Below are positions 13,201 through 26,237 of a stretch of DNA of 64,000 bases, one piece after another. The number at the start of each line of letters is the position of its first letter. Within the stretch, counting starts at the first letter, position 1. Source of the stretch: Mustelus asterias. Taxonomy: Eukaryota. The stretch lies in assembly GCF_964213995.1 (NCBI RefSeq), contig NC_135813.1:60264001-60328000 (forward strand). The letters are read 5' to 3'. The position numbers were made by a program, and so were the translations under genes. Below the pieces are notes generated by a model, which had not been told where the DNA came from, searched no databases, and saw only the letters and a program-made list of their open reading frames with translations.

Positions 13201-13891
13201 ATAGTGTGGGAAGGATTCCAGTACTGACTATTAGCCCGGTGAACCGCATTGAATTCTCCTTCCGTAGACAACAAGTCCTTCCGTTGGACTCGAACACGGA
13301 GCTTCTGGTCCAGCGGTAGGGACGCTACCACTGTGCCACAAATGTCTAATAGTTTACAGAAATATTCTGAACAGGAGTTGGGTATAGATTAGTTAATTAG
13401 CAGGTCTATATAAAGAGTCAGCCAACATTGAAGATGGGTGTTAGATCAGAAGTACTGTGGCTAGCAAAAACAATCTCCACCAAAGCATTCTCGTCTGTGT
13501 ATCTTCTTCACTACTAGACCTGGGAATTTCACTAATACACATTTACTATCCAAGCACAGGAACTTCACATCTTTCAATGCATTGTAATGGTGAATTAAAC
13601 GGCAAGATGCCAATGTCAGTAAGCAAACAGCAAAGCAATGCACATCATAAGTAAATTGTGGTTTTCGTTTAACCACTACTTTGCCCTTGCCTGAAGTTGC
13701 TGCGTAATTTGTGCAGAAACAACAGGATAACTGTCGCTAGCCTCTCCATAATTTTGACAGTAAATTCCGATCCAATATCCTTGTATTTCCAATTCTTTTC
13801 TCCTTCTACCCAAAGTACAATGCAAAACAAGCTTATAAATTACATTCTTCCAAATTATTTCCTGCAGGATTCAAAAGATCAGTACACTTAC

Positions 13892-14059
13892 CACTACAGT
13901 CACTGCCTTCCGGTGGCCGACAAAGTCCATGTTCGTTTTCCAGCCATCCCGCTCAATGATCTGTGCAGTGGGGCCTGAGTTGTTCATTGCATGAGCAGAT
14001 ACAAGGTAATGGCCATCCGGGGACCAGCTTAACCTCAGTACGTGCGTCGTGCCTGCACA
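13892..14059 (-). CDS. HIRA: HIRA coding exon 8 (CAGTTHVLRLSWSPDGHYLVSAHAMNNSGPTAQIIERDGWKTNMDFVGHRKAVTVV)
   Basis: 168 nt; tgcag/gtaagt ends; phase 0. Confidence 0.97.
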
Positions 14060-14180
14060 CTGCAGCAAAATGAAGCAATTATATGACCATAGCATTTTGT
14101 GGTTACACAAACCATGTCAATAAGATGTTTACAATTTGCATGGCAATAACTGAACAAACACAAATGTTGCTAACTCCACT

Positions 14181-14508
14181 GGGTGTCATGGTGGCACAGT
14201 ACTTAGCACTGCTGCCTCACAGCACCAGGGATCCAGGTTTAATTCCGGCCTTGTCTGTGTGGAGTTCGCACGTTCTCGCCGTGTCTGCGTTTCCTCCGGG
14301 TTCTCCGGTTTCCTCCCGCAGTCCAAAGATGTGCAGACTGGGTGGATTGGCCATGCTAAATTGCCCTTTAGTGTCCCATGATATATAGTTTAGGGGGATT
14401 AGCAGGGTAAATATGTGGTGTTATGTGGTAAGCCTGGACAAGTTTTGGTGCAGATTTGATGGGCAGAATGGCCTCCTTCTGCACTGTAAGGATTCTAATG
14501 ATTCTATG
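14181..14508 (+). mobile_element. V-SINE (HE1-type) with CR1-derived tail
   Basis: tRNA-like head with A/B boxes, V-domain GGTTTCCTCCC..AGTCCAAAGATGTGC, tail gcactgtaaggattct. Confidence 0.88.
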
Positions 14509-15287
14509 AATGACTTGCATACCAGATTATATTTCTGTAATGTTTTCAAGATGGCATCAATTGGTTTAACATTTGAGTAACATATTTCTAAAAATGAATT
14601 GACTGGGTGGGTAACCTCAGAGAAGTTTTTTCTCAGAATACATTCAAACGATTTCACCTGAAGAATGGGGGCAGTTTTCAGGTAGTCAATTCCACCAGGC
14701 TGTCTCAGCTCACCATCCACCCAATCCAAGGCACAAACAATGCCCATGGTTGGGTGTCAGTTCCAAACAACTGCACGCTTTTTGCATATTTTGAGCATCT
14801 CGCTGAACGGGGGTAGAATCTGGGAGTCAAGTATGCAGCAGAAGTTTGATTTGTGAGAGCCATCAGAAGAATTGATCCCTCCCTGACCCACAGGAATCAC
14901 TTTTAAAACCCAAAAACATATATATTAAGGACCACTGGTTCGACCACTCAATGCCGTGGAGAACCATAGACAGCAGGTTTTGGTGTAATACAGAAATAAG
15001 ATTTCAGCTGGGGGTACCGACCATTTATTTGTAAGGCCTAATCCAAATTAGACTTTCAGGACATTGATTTTTTAAAAAAAGAATGCATTCTTCAAATTGC
15101 CCCTACCTTCACCGTGAAGAAGACAGTCGACAAAAAAGGACAGAAGAGAAGCTGGCATTATGACTGCTGGAAGGCCTGCATTCTAGATTGCTACATGAGA
15201 AATCTTATGAACAGGCTTCCCACAAAGGGCAGCATGAAACTGCATCACCTCAGGGCAACAACTCAGACATTTACTGTAAACACATAC

Positions 15288-15448
15288 TTCGTCAAAAGGT
15301 TTAGTGATATTCGTCTCCAACTGCCAATCCATGGTCCTCCATACTTTTAAGCTCCGGTCGTCAGCTTGGGATGCAATGTACTTCCCAACAGGATCCCAGG
15401 TGAGGCCCTTCACCAGACCCGAGTGACCCCGTAATGTTGCAATGATCT
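15288..15448 (-). CDS. HIRA: HIRA coding exon 7 ([54 protein letters not shown])
   Basis: 161 nt; tgtag/gtatgt ends; GH...WR WD40 repeat. Confidence 0.97.
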
Positions 15449-15748
15449 CTACAAGGAAGAGAGTTGAAATGTATTCACGGTCTTTGAAGCTTACAACTTT
15501 TTCTAGTGAATGAGACCTTTTGTGACCAACAGCAAGTTATTTTTTACACAGCGTTCAAACCTTACGATTGCAATGGATTCAAAGGAAACAATTCCTGCAT
15601 GGGTTTGAGGCAGAGTATCTATGCTGAAGAATGTAAATGCTAAAATTTAACTTTCAACACTGATTCATGAGGAATTCCAATTCATACTGGATCCAGTCCT
15701 GTCCATATAGAACTTATTAATCAATTTAAAGCCAACTTCCAATCTCAC

Positions 15749-15844
15749 CTGGAAACTTCAGAGCATTCCAGATAACAACGGTGTTATCTATACTGCAGGA
15801 GGAGAGCCAAGCATCGTGGGGTGACCAGGCCAGGTCCATCACAT
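15749..15844 (-). CDS. HIRA: HIRA coding exon 6 (DVMDLAWSPHDAWLSSCSIDNTVVIWNALKFP)
   Basis: 96 nt; ttctag/gtgaga ends; translated by hand; WD40 repeat. Confidence 0.96.
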
Positions 15845-16074
15845 CTAGAACATAGACAAGAGTCCTCAGTAAGTGTACTGTAGTGCACTATACAATGTAA
15901 AGCCAAGAAAGGAAACCTCAGTGACACATGGGCCAGGCAATCACCATTTCCAAGGAAGAGTCTAACTATCTCCTCTTGACATTCAATGGCATTACCATCA
16001 CTGAATCCCCAACAATTAACATCCTGCGGTTACCATTGTCTAAAAACTTAACTAGACCAGCCAGTGGCTACAAA

Positions 16075-16490
16075 GAGGTTGTCTGATGGGGATAGGCTGA
16101 GCAGATTGGGGCTATATTAATTGGGAGGTGACCTTATTGAAATATTCGGATTCTGAGTGGACCTGACAATAGATACTGAGAAACTGCTTCCCTTTGTGGG
16201 GAAATCTAGAATAAGGGGGCACAGTGTCAAAATAAGGAGCCTTGTATTTAAGATTAGGAGGAGGAATTTCTTCTCTCAGCGGATTGTGCGTTTTGGAATT
16301 CTCTTCCCCAGAGCAATGGAGGCTGGACCATTGAATATATTCAATTTTTGACTTTCGAGCTACATGGGAGCTAATGGCTATGGAGCATTGGCAGGAAAGT
16401 GCAGTTAAGCACACAATCATGATCTAACTGAATGGCAGAGCAGGCTTGGTGAGCTGAATGGCCTATTCCTGCTCCTATTTCTTATGATCT
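16075..16490 (+). mobile_element. CR1 3' fragment inserted in an older LINE (15870-17020)
   Basis: FPFVGKSRIRGHS...RNFFSQR; tail cctatttcttatgatctt. Confidence 0.8.
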
Positions 16491-17116
16491 TACCTCATGA
16501 AAACCAAATCAGAAGGTGGGAACTCTGCAACAAGTAACACACCTAACTCCCCAAAGCCTGTCCACTATCTGCAAAGCACAAGTCAGGAGTGTGATGGAAT
16601 ACTTCTAATTGCCTGGATGAGTGCAGTTCCAACAACACAAAAGAACTTTGACACCATCCAGCACAAAGCAGTCCACTTGATTTTCACACCATCAACCACC
16701 TTAAGCATTCACTTCTTCCACCATCGGCACACTGCAGTTGCAGTGTGTAGCATCTGCAAGACGCCCTGCCAAGATTTGTTTCGTTGCATCTTCCAAACCT
16801 GGTATCTCTAACATCCAAAAGAATAAGTGCATCAGACACATGGTAACATCACTACCTGAGAGTTCCTCTCCAAATCACATTCCATCCTGATCACCATTCT
16901 TTCACCGTCCCTGGGTCAAAATCCTGGAACTCCCTTCCTAACAGCATTATGGGCGCACCTACATCACACGGAGTGCAATTGTTCAAGGCAGTGGCTCACC
17001 ACCATCTTCTCAAGGGCAGGAACGAATTAAAAAATATACAATATGTTGCTACTATTTTAAAACAATGCATAAGTTAGTAATTGTTTAGCTGAGGGATGCC
17101 AATGCTGGGAAACAAA

Positions 17117-17243
17117 GGGCTGAATTTTCCAGTCCCGCCCGCCACGGGAATTGTAACTGGCAGGGGGTGGACCATGCAAAGGTCCGTTAACCTCAGGCAG
17201 GATTTTCTGGTTTCCGGGCACGCGCGGCAAGAAAATTCCACCC
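17117..17243. mobile_element. 127-bp GC-rich MITE (Harbinger-like)
   Basis: Imperfect TIRs GGGCTGAATTTTC / GAAAATTCCACCC; 3-bp TSD AAA; paralogue at 25176-25301. Confidence 0.72.
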
Positions 17244-17324
17244 AAAGTCTTTTGTGCAAGGCCCACTCACTGCACTGCACGGTACTTGCTGCCTGGCTAC
17301 ACACCCACATAGCTTCTAGTCTTG

Positions 17325-17772
17325 ACATAGGAACATAGAAATTTGGAGAAGTAGGCAATTCAGCCTTCGAACCTGCTCTGCCATTCAATCAAATCATGGC
17401 TGATCTCTCCCTGGTCTCAAATCCACCTCCCCACCTGTTCCCCATATCCCTTTAACCCATTTTTTAAAAACAGAAACATATCTATCTCCTTCTTGAAACC
17501 AGTCAACGATTTAGGCTCCACCGCGCTGTAGGGCAGCGAGTTCCACAAATTCACCACCCTCTGCGAGTAGTTTCGCCTCATCTCAGTTTTAAATCTACTG
17601 CCTCTCAACCCATACCTGTGACCTCTTGTTCTAGACTGCCCCACAAGGGGAAACATTTGGTCTATGTTTACTCTATCAATCCCTTTAATTTTTTTTATAC
17701 TTGATCAGATCCCTCTCATCGTTCTGATATCCAGCGAGTATAAGCCAAAACTGTTCAATCTCTCGTCATACA
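17325..17772 (-). mobile_element. CR1 3' fragment
   Basis: FPLVGQSRTRGH...VVNLWNSLP. Confidence 0.85.
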
Positions 17773-18329
17773 TGCATTGACTATTCTAATGCACTGGCCA
17801 GTCTCCCACTTTCCATCCTCTCTAAACCTGAGGACATCCAAAACTCTGCTACTCCTGTCCTAACTTGAAGCCAATCACCCATCCCGTTGTTTGCTAACCT
17901 ACACCAGTTCCCAGGTATTAAGCTCAGGATGACTCTCAATGTCAGGCACTAGGGCAGGGCAATGCTCATCATGACAAATGGTTAGAAAGGAAGGGTTTCA
18001 GATATTTAGGCCAATGAGAGGAGCTCTGGAGCAGGGGAAACATGGCAGAATGGGCTTCAATGAAACAATATCAATATCTTCACACAGGAAATTTATACTG
18101 TATGGTAAGGTTGGGGCAAATCTAACAGGATATTCCATTATATTGATTTCCCATCAATATAGTGAGGAGGCAGAGCAATCAAAAATGGTGCAGTATGTGC
18201 GTGAAGTGTGAGAGGGAGAAGGAATGGTACGCTCATGGACAATATTGAGAAGAGAAATACTGAGAGATTGCAAGAGGGGTTAGCAAGAAGCAAAGAAGAT
18301 AAAAAAGATTTTTCAAGGGACTTCAGTAT

Positions 18330-18510
18330 GGATATACTTCCATTTGTCCTCAAAGCATCTCTGAAGAGGTCAAACATTTCCACCAACTCATGGGAAACCT
18401 GGCTTCTGACCAAGCAAAATGGAGAAGGCTCATTTGGGAAGGCACTGAACACATCAAGAGACTTAATCAGGAGTGTGTAGAGGCACAAATGCAGAAAAGT
18501 CATAAGGCCC
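18330..18510 (+). mobile_element. RTE-clade LINE 3' relic
   Basis: LKASLKRSNISTNSWE / LASDQAKWRRLIWEG, typical of an RTE ORF C-terminus. Confidence 0.6.
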
Positions 18511-18531
18511 TTTTGAGAGATCAAAGACAAT

Positions 18532-18728
18532 GGGTGGGATTTTTCTCCCCCTCCGTGGTGCGTTTCGCAGCGGGAGGTGGCACGCCCCTCGCTGGCGGCG
18601 GGATCTTATGATCCCATCAATGTCAATGGGTCTTCCCATTGAATGCATCCTTCCCCGCCAAGACACAGGGATGTGCCGTCGGCAGGACCATAAGATCCCG
18701 CCAGCGTGAATAACAGCAAGATTTTGGG
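18532..18728. mobile_element. GC-rich fold-back MITE
   Basis: GGGTGGGATTTT start; internal inverted repeats about 18590-18615 and 18685-18706; central hairpin TCAATGGG-TCTT-CCCATTGA. Confidence 0.65.
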
Positions 18729-19769
18729 AAATATAAAAGTATACAAAGTTCAGAATGAGTGGGTGCATAATTCACTGGCAAATGGTGACAATGTTAACAA
18801 AAGGACATGGATTATATATCAGCACAATAAAAGAACAATGTTGGAAGAATTTGTTTCATACAAAATCCAATCAGAATAATTTAGCCACAAGTGGCTAATT
18901 AGGTCTATACCTTAACATTTAAAATGGAATTAGACAAATATTTGAAAATACATTTTTAAAAACAGGAAAAGGACAAGGTATGGCATTAGATAACCCCCGT
19001 GTAAGAGCAAGCACATGATAAGTAATGGGCAAAGCATTTTCTTTTGATCAATGTAATTCCAATGATCCAATTTTTCTCATCCTTGTGCCTTAATCCCGAG
19101 TGTTAAAAATCAAACAGAATTTTTCTATTTCTTACACCAGCCAAATCTAAGTGGATTCAGAGTTCACCAGGAATCACAGACAATTCAAAGTCTTTTAGCT
19201 CCCAGTCACCATTTAGGTCATTTTCATGTGACAACTGCTTAGCTAATTGCCTCTGGATAAGTGTTTGGCCATGAAACAAGAGTGACAGATTACAGACCTT
19301 TACTGGCAAGGCAAGATGCCAATAAAGATCTGCAACAGCTGGCTTCAAAAATGTTCTCCAAGTTTAGCCATTAACCTGGTAATTTCCTTCTGTGAAGGAA
19401 CACTTGCCTTTGCTCAACACCTTCGCTGATAGCACAGTGAAACGCACAGTGAAATCAGATATAGCCGTGGACAAACTCTTACCTCTTTCCATTGTCAAAT
19501 TAATTTTATTCTTCATTCACCAAATTCCTCTCCTCTCTTCACTGACACACTGCTGAGATACAGCTGGACACCCTGGTACCTTTCCCAAGTGGCCACTATT
19601 TGAGCACCTAAACAATGAGTATTGATGGACCACTCAATCACATGAAGCAGCCACTTTCAACGCCAAACCTGGCCTCAGCTAACATCCATGCATGTTCACC
19701 TCCAGTGGAGGTCTCTGGATTGGGATCAGAAATGGAAACAGTGGATATCTATTTCAAGAATATATCGAG

Positions 19770-20270
19770 AAGGCATCGGGCATGCTTTCCTTTATCAGCC
19801 GTGGAAAATAATATATAAGATTTGTGAGGTTATGCTAGAACTGGATACAAAACTAGCTAGATAACAGCTTGAGTACTGCATACAGTTCTGGTCACTGCAT
19901 TACAGGAAGATGTGATTGCACCAAGAGAATGCAGGGGTGATTTATGACTATTTTGCCTGGACTGGAAAGTTTGAATTACAAGGAAAGATTGGATATGCTG
20001 AGGTTGCTTTTCTTGAAACAGAGGGAGATGAGGGGTGACTTAATTGAGGTGCTTAAAATATTGGGCCTAGATAGAATAAATAGGGTCAACCTATTTACGT
20101 TTGCAGAAGGGTCAAAAACCAGAGATCATAGATTTCACGTAATTGGAAGAGGATTAGAGGAGAGATGAGGAAACAAGTTTCCACCCAGATGGTCTTGGAA
20201 CTCACTGCTTGAAAGGGTGATAAATTCAGAAACTCTCACCACAAGTACTTGGATATCTACCTAAAAAGCC
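19770..20270 (+). mobile_element. Old CR1 fragment
   Basis: LPGLESLNYKERL...RGDLIEVLKI. Confidence 0.8.
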
Positions 20271-20532
20271 AGTGGGCCAAATCCCAAATGTGTGGCCCGT
20301 AACACCAACCAGATCAGCTTTGACACAGATCAGCTAATTTGGCACAGATTGATGGCCAATGCATAGATCTTTTCAGTTTACATAGTGCAGGTACTCACTA
20401 AATAAATTCACTGAAGATCAGGGTGTTCAGTCGCATTTCATTTCATTTCATTATCCAAAAGCTGTGTTAAAAAAAAAGTCTTTCATTGCCCACTTCGTGG
20501 GAACATGATAGAACATGACCTGCAACTCATAC

Positions 20533-20627
20533 CTCCTGTATGACTTCTGAGGATAGAAACGCACCTCCACTGTTCCACATTAGCTAGCTTGCTACTGGAA
20601 CCAAAGACATTGCTTGGTCCGATATAC
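20533..20627 (-). CDS. HIRA: HIRA coding exon 5 (YIGPSNVFGSSSKLANVEQWRCVSILRSHTG)
   Basis: 95 nt; taaag/gtatga ends; translated by hand (absent from the ORF track); phase consistent. Confidence 0.96.
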
Positions 20628-20759
20628 CTTTAAAAAGCAATCACACAGTTACCACATATCACATCATACTTAGATTCTCGACACCAACAATGAAGCTGCA
20701 AGGCACCAAACAAGCGTGGATATATCCATTCATTGTGCTGTCATGGACTGAACTTTACC

Positions 20760-21492
20760 ACACAGTCCTGTTTTAAAATGTCTCATTTAACTTGAGGAGA
20801 AATTGGGGATTCAGTAAGCACCTTAGCTAGGAGACATGCCCAGGTGGTCTGGTTGCCAAGGAGGTGAAACTCAAACAGAAACCATGTCCATGGTAATTCA
20901 CAGTAAATAAACAGCTACATTGTGAGACACAGGAGAGAGAGAAGGAGATACAGCAACTACGGCTGTGTTGAGAAATAAAGCAGCTACTGCTGTGGGGAAG
21001 CAGGATACTTGCAAAAAGTTCATTTTCTGTTCGATAGGAAGGGAACAGAGCAGATTAGACTTTAGGAGATTTAAAGAACAGGATGTAGCTGAGGTAAGCC
21101 TCACTGGTAGAAATTGGATCTGGAAGACTCACGCTGAGTGGAACAATTTTCTGAGGACAGTGGAAGTTATAACCTTGTGGCAGGGCAAAGTGAGTCTGCT
21201 GGACAGCCAGACATAACTTTACTCTCGTTCTTGTAATGCTGCATGTCGGCCAGAAGCATGATGCACATCAAGAAGGGTTATAAGAGGCATCTTGACTACA
21301 TTAGTTAATGCAAAAATACCATTTCTTTGGTTCGGTTGTCTGTTAAGTAATGTTTGATTTATGTTGATTTTAGATCATTTGTTACAGTAAAAGTCTTAAA
21401 AGCATGAAATCTTGTCCTTTAGTTATTTCTGTTCATTGTTTGGGAAAATCAACTCCTTTGAAATGTAATTGGTCGCTGCAGGATTCATAATA
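20760..21492 (+). mobile_element. Possible old solo LTR
   Basis: 3' motifs (TGAAATCTTGT ... CATAATA) similar to 9783-9889; boundaries uncertain. Confidence 0.3.
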
Positions 21493-21824
21493 ATGTGCTG
21501 CAGATTAACAGCTGCCCAGTATGTCCCACTATACTTAGCAACTTTGAACAGTTTACATGTTGCCAATATTCATTCAGAAAGTGGCTGTCGACAACCAACC
21601 AATGGGGATGCACCGGGTACACCCATTTATAATGTATTAAATCACAATGCAAATCCACTAGATCTCCCTCTACATACAGCATTAGAATGTAACATTGATC
21701 TATTGGTTACCTGTGTGGTTGTCTTTGCATCATTCCTGGATATAATTATATGTTTTAAACTCAACCAAGTAAATCAGTGACTGAGTACATAGGCTTGTGA
21801 AGCTTGCAGTCTTCAGATACTTAC

Positions 21825-21915
21825 GCAGCTCTCTTCCACAACATGATCAACTTGTCATCTCCACCTGATGCTAGGTATAATCCATTATTAGACCAGCGCA
21901 CGCAATTTACACAGG
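21825..21915 (-). CDS. HIRA: HIRA coding exon 4 (CVNCVRWSNNGLYLASGGDDKLIMLWKRA)
   Basis: 91 nt; tgcag/gtaagt ends; WD40 repeat. Confidence 0.97.
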
Positions 21916-22799
21916 CTGCAAGGAAACAGAGGCAAACATTAGCAATGTCACATTTATCTGCAAGAATGCAGAAGCAGCAAAATAGACTTTGAATTAAATA
22001 AAAAAACCAGGAGAGCTCAGCGGGTTTACCCAGCAAGTGGCTCAGCCAAGTAGACCAAGAGCTCCAAAGTTCAATTGCAAGTCTGTACTGAATTATATGT
22101 GGTAGAAGTTGAGCCTCTGCACACAAATTAGAAAAAGAGAATCGGACCAGGTCATTCATTTCCAATTGCTATATAGGGACATCAGCTGGAAGTGTGCTGT
22201 TGTAAGCAACATGTGAGAACAGAAGGCGTGGTTGGGGCTGCCTTCCTAGCAGTCAAATAGGTTTCAATGGCCGCATAAATAATGGTGAACGAGCAAAGTA
22301 TCAGAGGCTGGTCAGCACTCAAGAGGACTATACTCCAACACTGACTCAATTTTCTCAACAGAAAGTGATAGAAACGTGGTGCAGAAATTAGAATGTGAAA
22401 TAAAATCAAAATAAACCTTTCGTCTTAGTTCATCGGAATTAATTGATAAACCAGATATCACAAACAGGAGATAACGTAGCCTCCGTTTCTCCCAGTGGTT
22501 TTGGTAGATGAAAATAACTGGTTGTGGAAAAGAGCAGTCTGGGAGATAAGCCAGTTCAACATTTATTTTAAGGAGTGGAATTTCTAATACCGTTGCAGTG
22601 TGAAAAAGACACCAACTCTTAAAGAAGAAAAATGAAAATATAGACACAGAAAATGGGAGCAGGAGAAACTTCACTTATGAGGATAGATTGGAGAAGTTGG
22701 AACCGTTCCCCTTGAAAAGAAGGCAGCCAATAGGTGTTGATAGAGGTGTTCAAAATCATGTGGGCTGGACAAAGTAGGTAAGGAAAACAATTCCCACTC

Positions 22800-24960
22800 A
22801 TAAATTTCTCCTCATCTCATTCCTAAATGGCCTACCCTATATCTTGAGACTGCGACCACTTGTTCTAGACACCCATGCCAGAGGAAACAACATCCCTGCT
22901 TCCAGACTGTCCAGCCCTGTCAGAATTTGATTTGTTTCAATGAGATGCTCTCTTATTCTTCTAAACTCCAGTGAATATAGGACTGGTCAACCCAATTTCT
23001 CTTCTTACGACAATCCTGCCATCCCAAGAATCAATCTAGTGAACCTTTACTGCACTCTCGATGGCAAGTATATCCTTTCTTAGGTAGGAGACCAAAACTG
23101 CACACAATATTCCAGGTATGGTCTCACCATGGCCCTGTACAGCTGCAGTAAGACATCCTTCTCCCGTACTCAAGTCCTCTTGCAATGAAAGCCAGCATAC
23201 CATTTGTTTTCGTAACTGCTTGCTGCACTTGCATTCTTGCTTTCCATGATTGGTGTACAAGGACACCCGGGTCCCTTTGTACATCAACATTTTCCAATTT
23301 ATCACTCTTTAAGTGATACTCTGCCACACTGTTTTTCTTATTGAAGTGGATAACTTCACACTTATCCACAATACAGTGCATCTGCCATGTATTTGCCCAT
23401 GCATTCAACTTTTCCAGATCAAATTGAAATCTCCTTAGATCCTCCTCACCACTCACATTCCCACATAGTTTTGTGTTGTCAGCAAACTTTGGAAATATTG
23501 CATTTGGTTCCCATTGATGCATATTGTGAATAGCTGGCACCCAAGCACTTGCCCCTGCAGTGCCCCGCTAGGCACCACCTGCCACACTAAGAAAGACCCA
23601 TTTAATCCTACTCTTGGCCGGAATTCTCTGGTCTCGCACGCCCCGCTACCGCTGCCAGCGAGAACGGAGAATTTGGCGCCCCACTTTATTAAAGGTGTTA
23701 TGAAAGCCCTAATACATCAAATTCACTGGTTCTCAGTTACATCCTCAGAAACTCCAGTAGGTTTGTCAAACATGATTTCTCTTTCATTAATCTATGTTAA
23801 CAATGTCCAGTCCTGTTGATACTTTCAAAGTCTCCTGTAATTACATCCTTTACAATAGGCTCTAGCATTTTCCATACCACTGATGTTAGGCTAGCCAGTC
23901 TGTAACGCCCCATTTTCTCCCACCCTCTTTTTTTTAATATAATAGTGGAGTTACATTCACCAGCCTCCAATCTGCCCAGACTGTTCCAACATTTGCAGAA
24001 ATTTGGAATATGACAACCAACATTTTTATGGCCACCTCCTATATCTGCTAGGATATAGATTACAGACATAGATTATCAGGCTCATTAATTTCTTCAGCAC
24101 TATATTTTCACTAATAACTTCCATTAGCCCGTTCTCCTCACTAGACCTTTGTTTCCCTAGCATTTCTGGGAAGTTATTTGTGCCTTCAGCGAAGACAGAA
24201 CTACAGTAGTTGCTTAATTGCTCTGCCATTTCCTTATTCTCCATTATAAATTTTCCCATTTCGGACTGTAAGGAACCTACATTTATTCTCACTAATCTTT
24301 TTCTTTTTATATACTAATGGAAGCTTTTACACTCTGCCTTTATGTTACTTACAATTTTACTTTCATACTCTATTTTTTCTCTCAATCAATCTCTTGGTCC
24401 TCCTTTGCTGAATTCTAAACTGCTCCCAATCCTCGACCTTGCTACTTTTTCTATCAACTTTACATGATTCCTCTTTGGGTCTAACACTACCCTAAATTTC
24501 ATTTGTTAGCCATGGTGGGGCTGCTTTACTTGTTTTTATGTCACAAAGGAATATATAATTGTTGCAATGCATGCATTAGTTTCTTAAATATAGTCATTGA
24601 CTTTCCACTGTCATGTCTTTTCATGAAGTCCTCCAACCTATCATAGCCAACTCATCCCTCGTGCCTTTGCAGATTTAAGGTCCTAACTTCAGACTGGACT
24701 ACTTCACTTTCCATTCTAATGAAGAATTTTACCATGTTATGATCACCCTTCCTTAAAGTACCCCACAGAACAAGATTATTAATTAACCCCTTCTCATTAC
24801 ACAATACCAATTCTAGGATAGCCTGATCTCTAGTTGGTTCCTTGACATAGTGGTCTAAAAAACATCTCATACACACTCCAGAAACTCATCAGCCACAGTA
24901 TTATTGCTGATTTGGTTTACCTAGTTTATATGTTGCATCATTATATGCATCTCTTCTTTT
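22800..24960 (-). mobile_element. Long degenerate CR1 fragment
   Basis: Endonuclease, linker and RT pieces in ORFs 24652-24876, 24026-24292, 23797-24069 and 23124-23540. Confidence 0.88.
23615..23682. mobile_element. 68-bp GC-rich mini-MITE within CR1
   Basis: GGCCGGAATTCTC...GAGAATTTGGCGCCC termini; CpG-rich island inside AT-rich CR1. Confidence 0.55.
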
Positions 24961-25175
24961 CCTCTTTAATGCTGTCCTCTACTGTTTGGAGGCCTATGGA
25001 CAACTCTCACCAATGTTTTCCTCCCCTGTTGTTTTAGTTCCACCCAGACTGAATCTACTTGATTTTCTGTGCAAATGTGCCTAATTAGTAACTCTGACTG
25101 TATGGGTTGACTATTCGCTGTCCCTTAAAAAGGCACTGACGTTGAGGATTAACAGAAGAAACATTTAAACTCAAT

Positions 25176-25301
25176 GGCCAGAATTTTACCATCCCACCTG
25201 CCATGGGAATTGGAGCGGGCAAGGGGCAGGCCATGGAAAGGCCCGTTGACCTCAGGTGGGATTTACGGTTTTAGGAAGAGCAAGACTGTAGAATCCCACC
25301 C
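25176..25301. mobile_element. 126-bp MITE of the same family
   Basis: Colinear with 17117-17243; TSD AAT on both sides. Confidence 0.72.
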
Positions 25302-25483
25302 AATATTTCACAATGATAGACATTATACGTGAAAAAGCAAACTAGAACATTATTGTATCCTCCAAATGGAATAAGGATTCTGAGGCTTGTAAATAGCAAA
25401 TTATATGAAAGATCACTGAAACATTGGGCAAAGTTCCTGAGTGACACATAAAAGGTGGCTTCCGCATATATAATCACATGTAC

Positions 25484-25594
25484 CTAGGTGGTTATCCATT
25501 TGGCAAAGCATTTTGGGGATAGCCTCATTCTTCTCATCCTCCTCTCGAACAACTGGTGGCATGTTCCATATGACAACCTTCCCTGAATCCTCTC
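25484..25594 (-). CDS. HIRA: HIRA coding exon 3 (EDSGKVVIWNMPPVVREEDEKNEAIPKMLCQMDNHL)
   Basis: 111 nt; ctacag/gtac ends; lies within ORF-track entry 25413..25676(-). Confidence 0.97.
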   Translation of the reverse strand, partial: ERIQGRLSYGTCHQLFERRMRRMRLSPKCFAKWITT

Positions 25595-26174
25595 CTGTAG
25601 GGGAAAAGTAAATATTGAGCCATTTTAACTTGCTTTGAATGAAATTGATTGTTTTAGAAAGTGACTCTCCTAACAATTCATAGATTTCTTCTATTTAGGG
25701 ATACCTTGGACACAAGTAGGTGGAGGAAATCTCTGTACATCTCCAAAGCAGAAAGTTCACAATTAATTGAACTATTACAAATTGACAGAAGCAACACAGC
25801 AGAAATTAATCTCCCCAGGAAGGGTGAAAGTGCCACAATGAGAACTAACTGTGGATTACTATGGTACATTACTCATAGCATCAGAACAAGTGGGAACTTG
25901 AATAGGCCATTGCAAAGCAAAGGCTATTATTTCCACAGCAGGGTGGCACCCAGCTGCCACATGGTAATGGGAGGACCATTGAGTCCATAGCTTGAAATCC
26001 CTGATATAAAGGGCCAAGTAAACAAATCATTCTGCTGTCGAGAGCAACAGATTCATTTGTTGAATCTTTACAGCATAGTTTCTTATGGTCACAAGGCAAA
26101 CTATGAAAGGGGACAGCGGCTTTCTGGATCATGCCATCTCTAAATTAAAAAGTAGCCTACATCCTGCCTCTTAC

Positions 26175-26237
26175 CTTGTCCACCTGTTGCAAACTTGGTT
26201 CCATCAGGATGAATGTCCACAGAAAATATTGGCTTAC
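26175..26237 (-). CDS. HIRA: HIRA coding exon 2 (KPIFSVDIHPDGTKFATGGQ)
   Basis: 63 nt; ttccag acceptor, gtaaga donor; phase-compatible with exons 1 and 3; WD40 repeat sequence. Confidence 0.97.

Noticed and set aside
13270-13340. tRNA gene-like sequence (also 55735-55815 and V-SINE heads)
   Set aside because: A/B-box-like motifs without a full cloverleaf; these are SINE heads.
20620-20635. Second recursive-splice candidate at HIRA exon 5 (AG|GTATAT)
   Set aside because: The regenerated site would be TGC|GTATAT, a poor 5' splice-site match.
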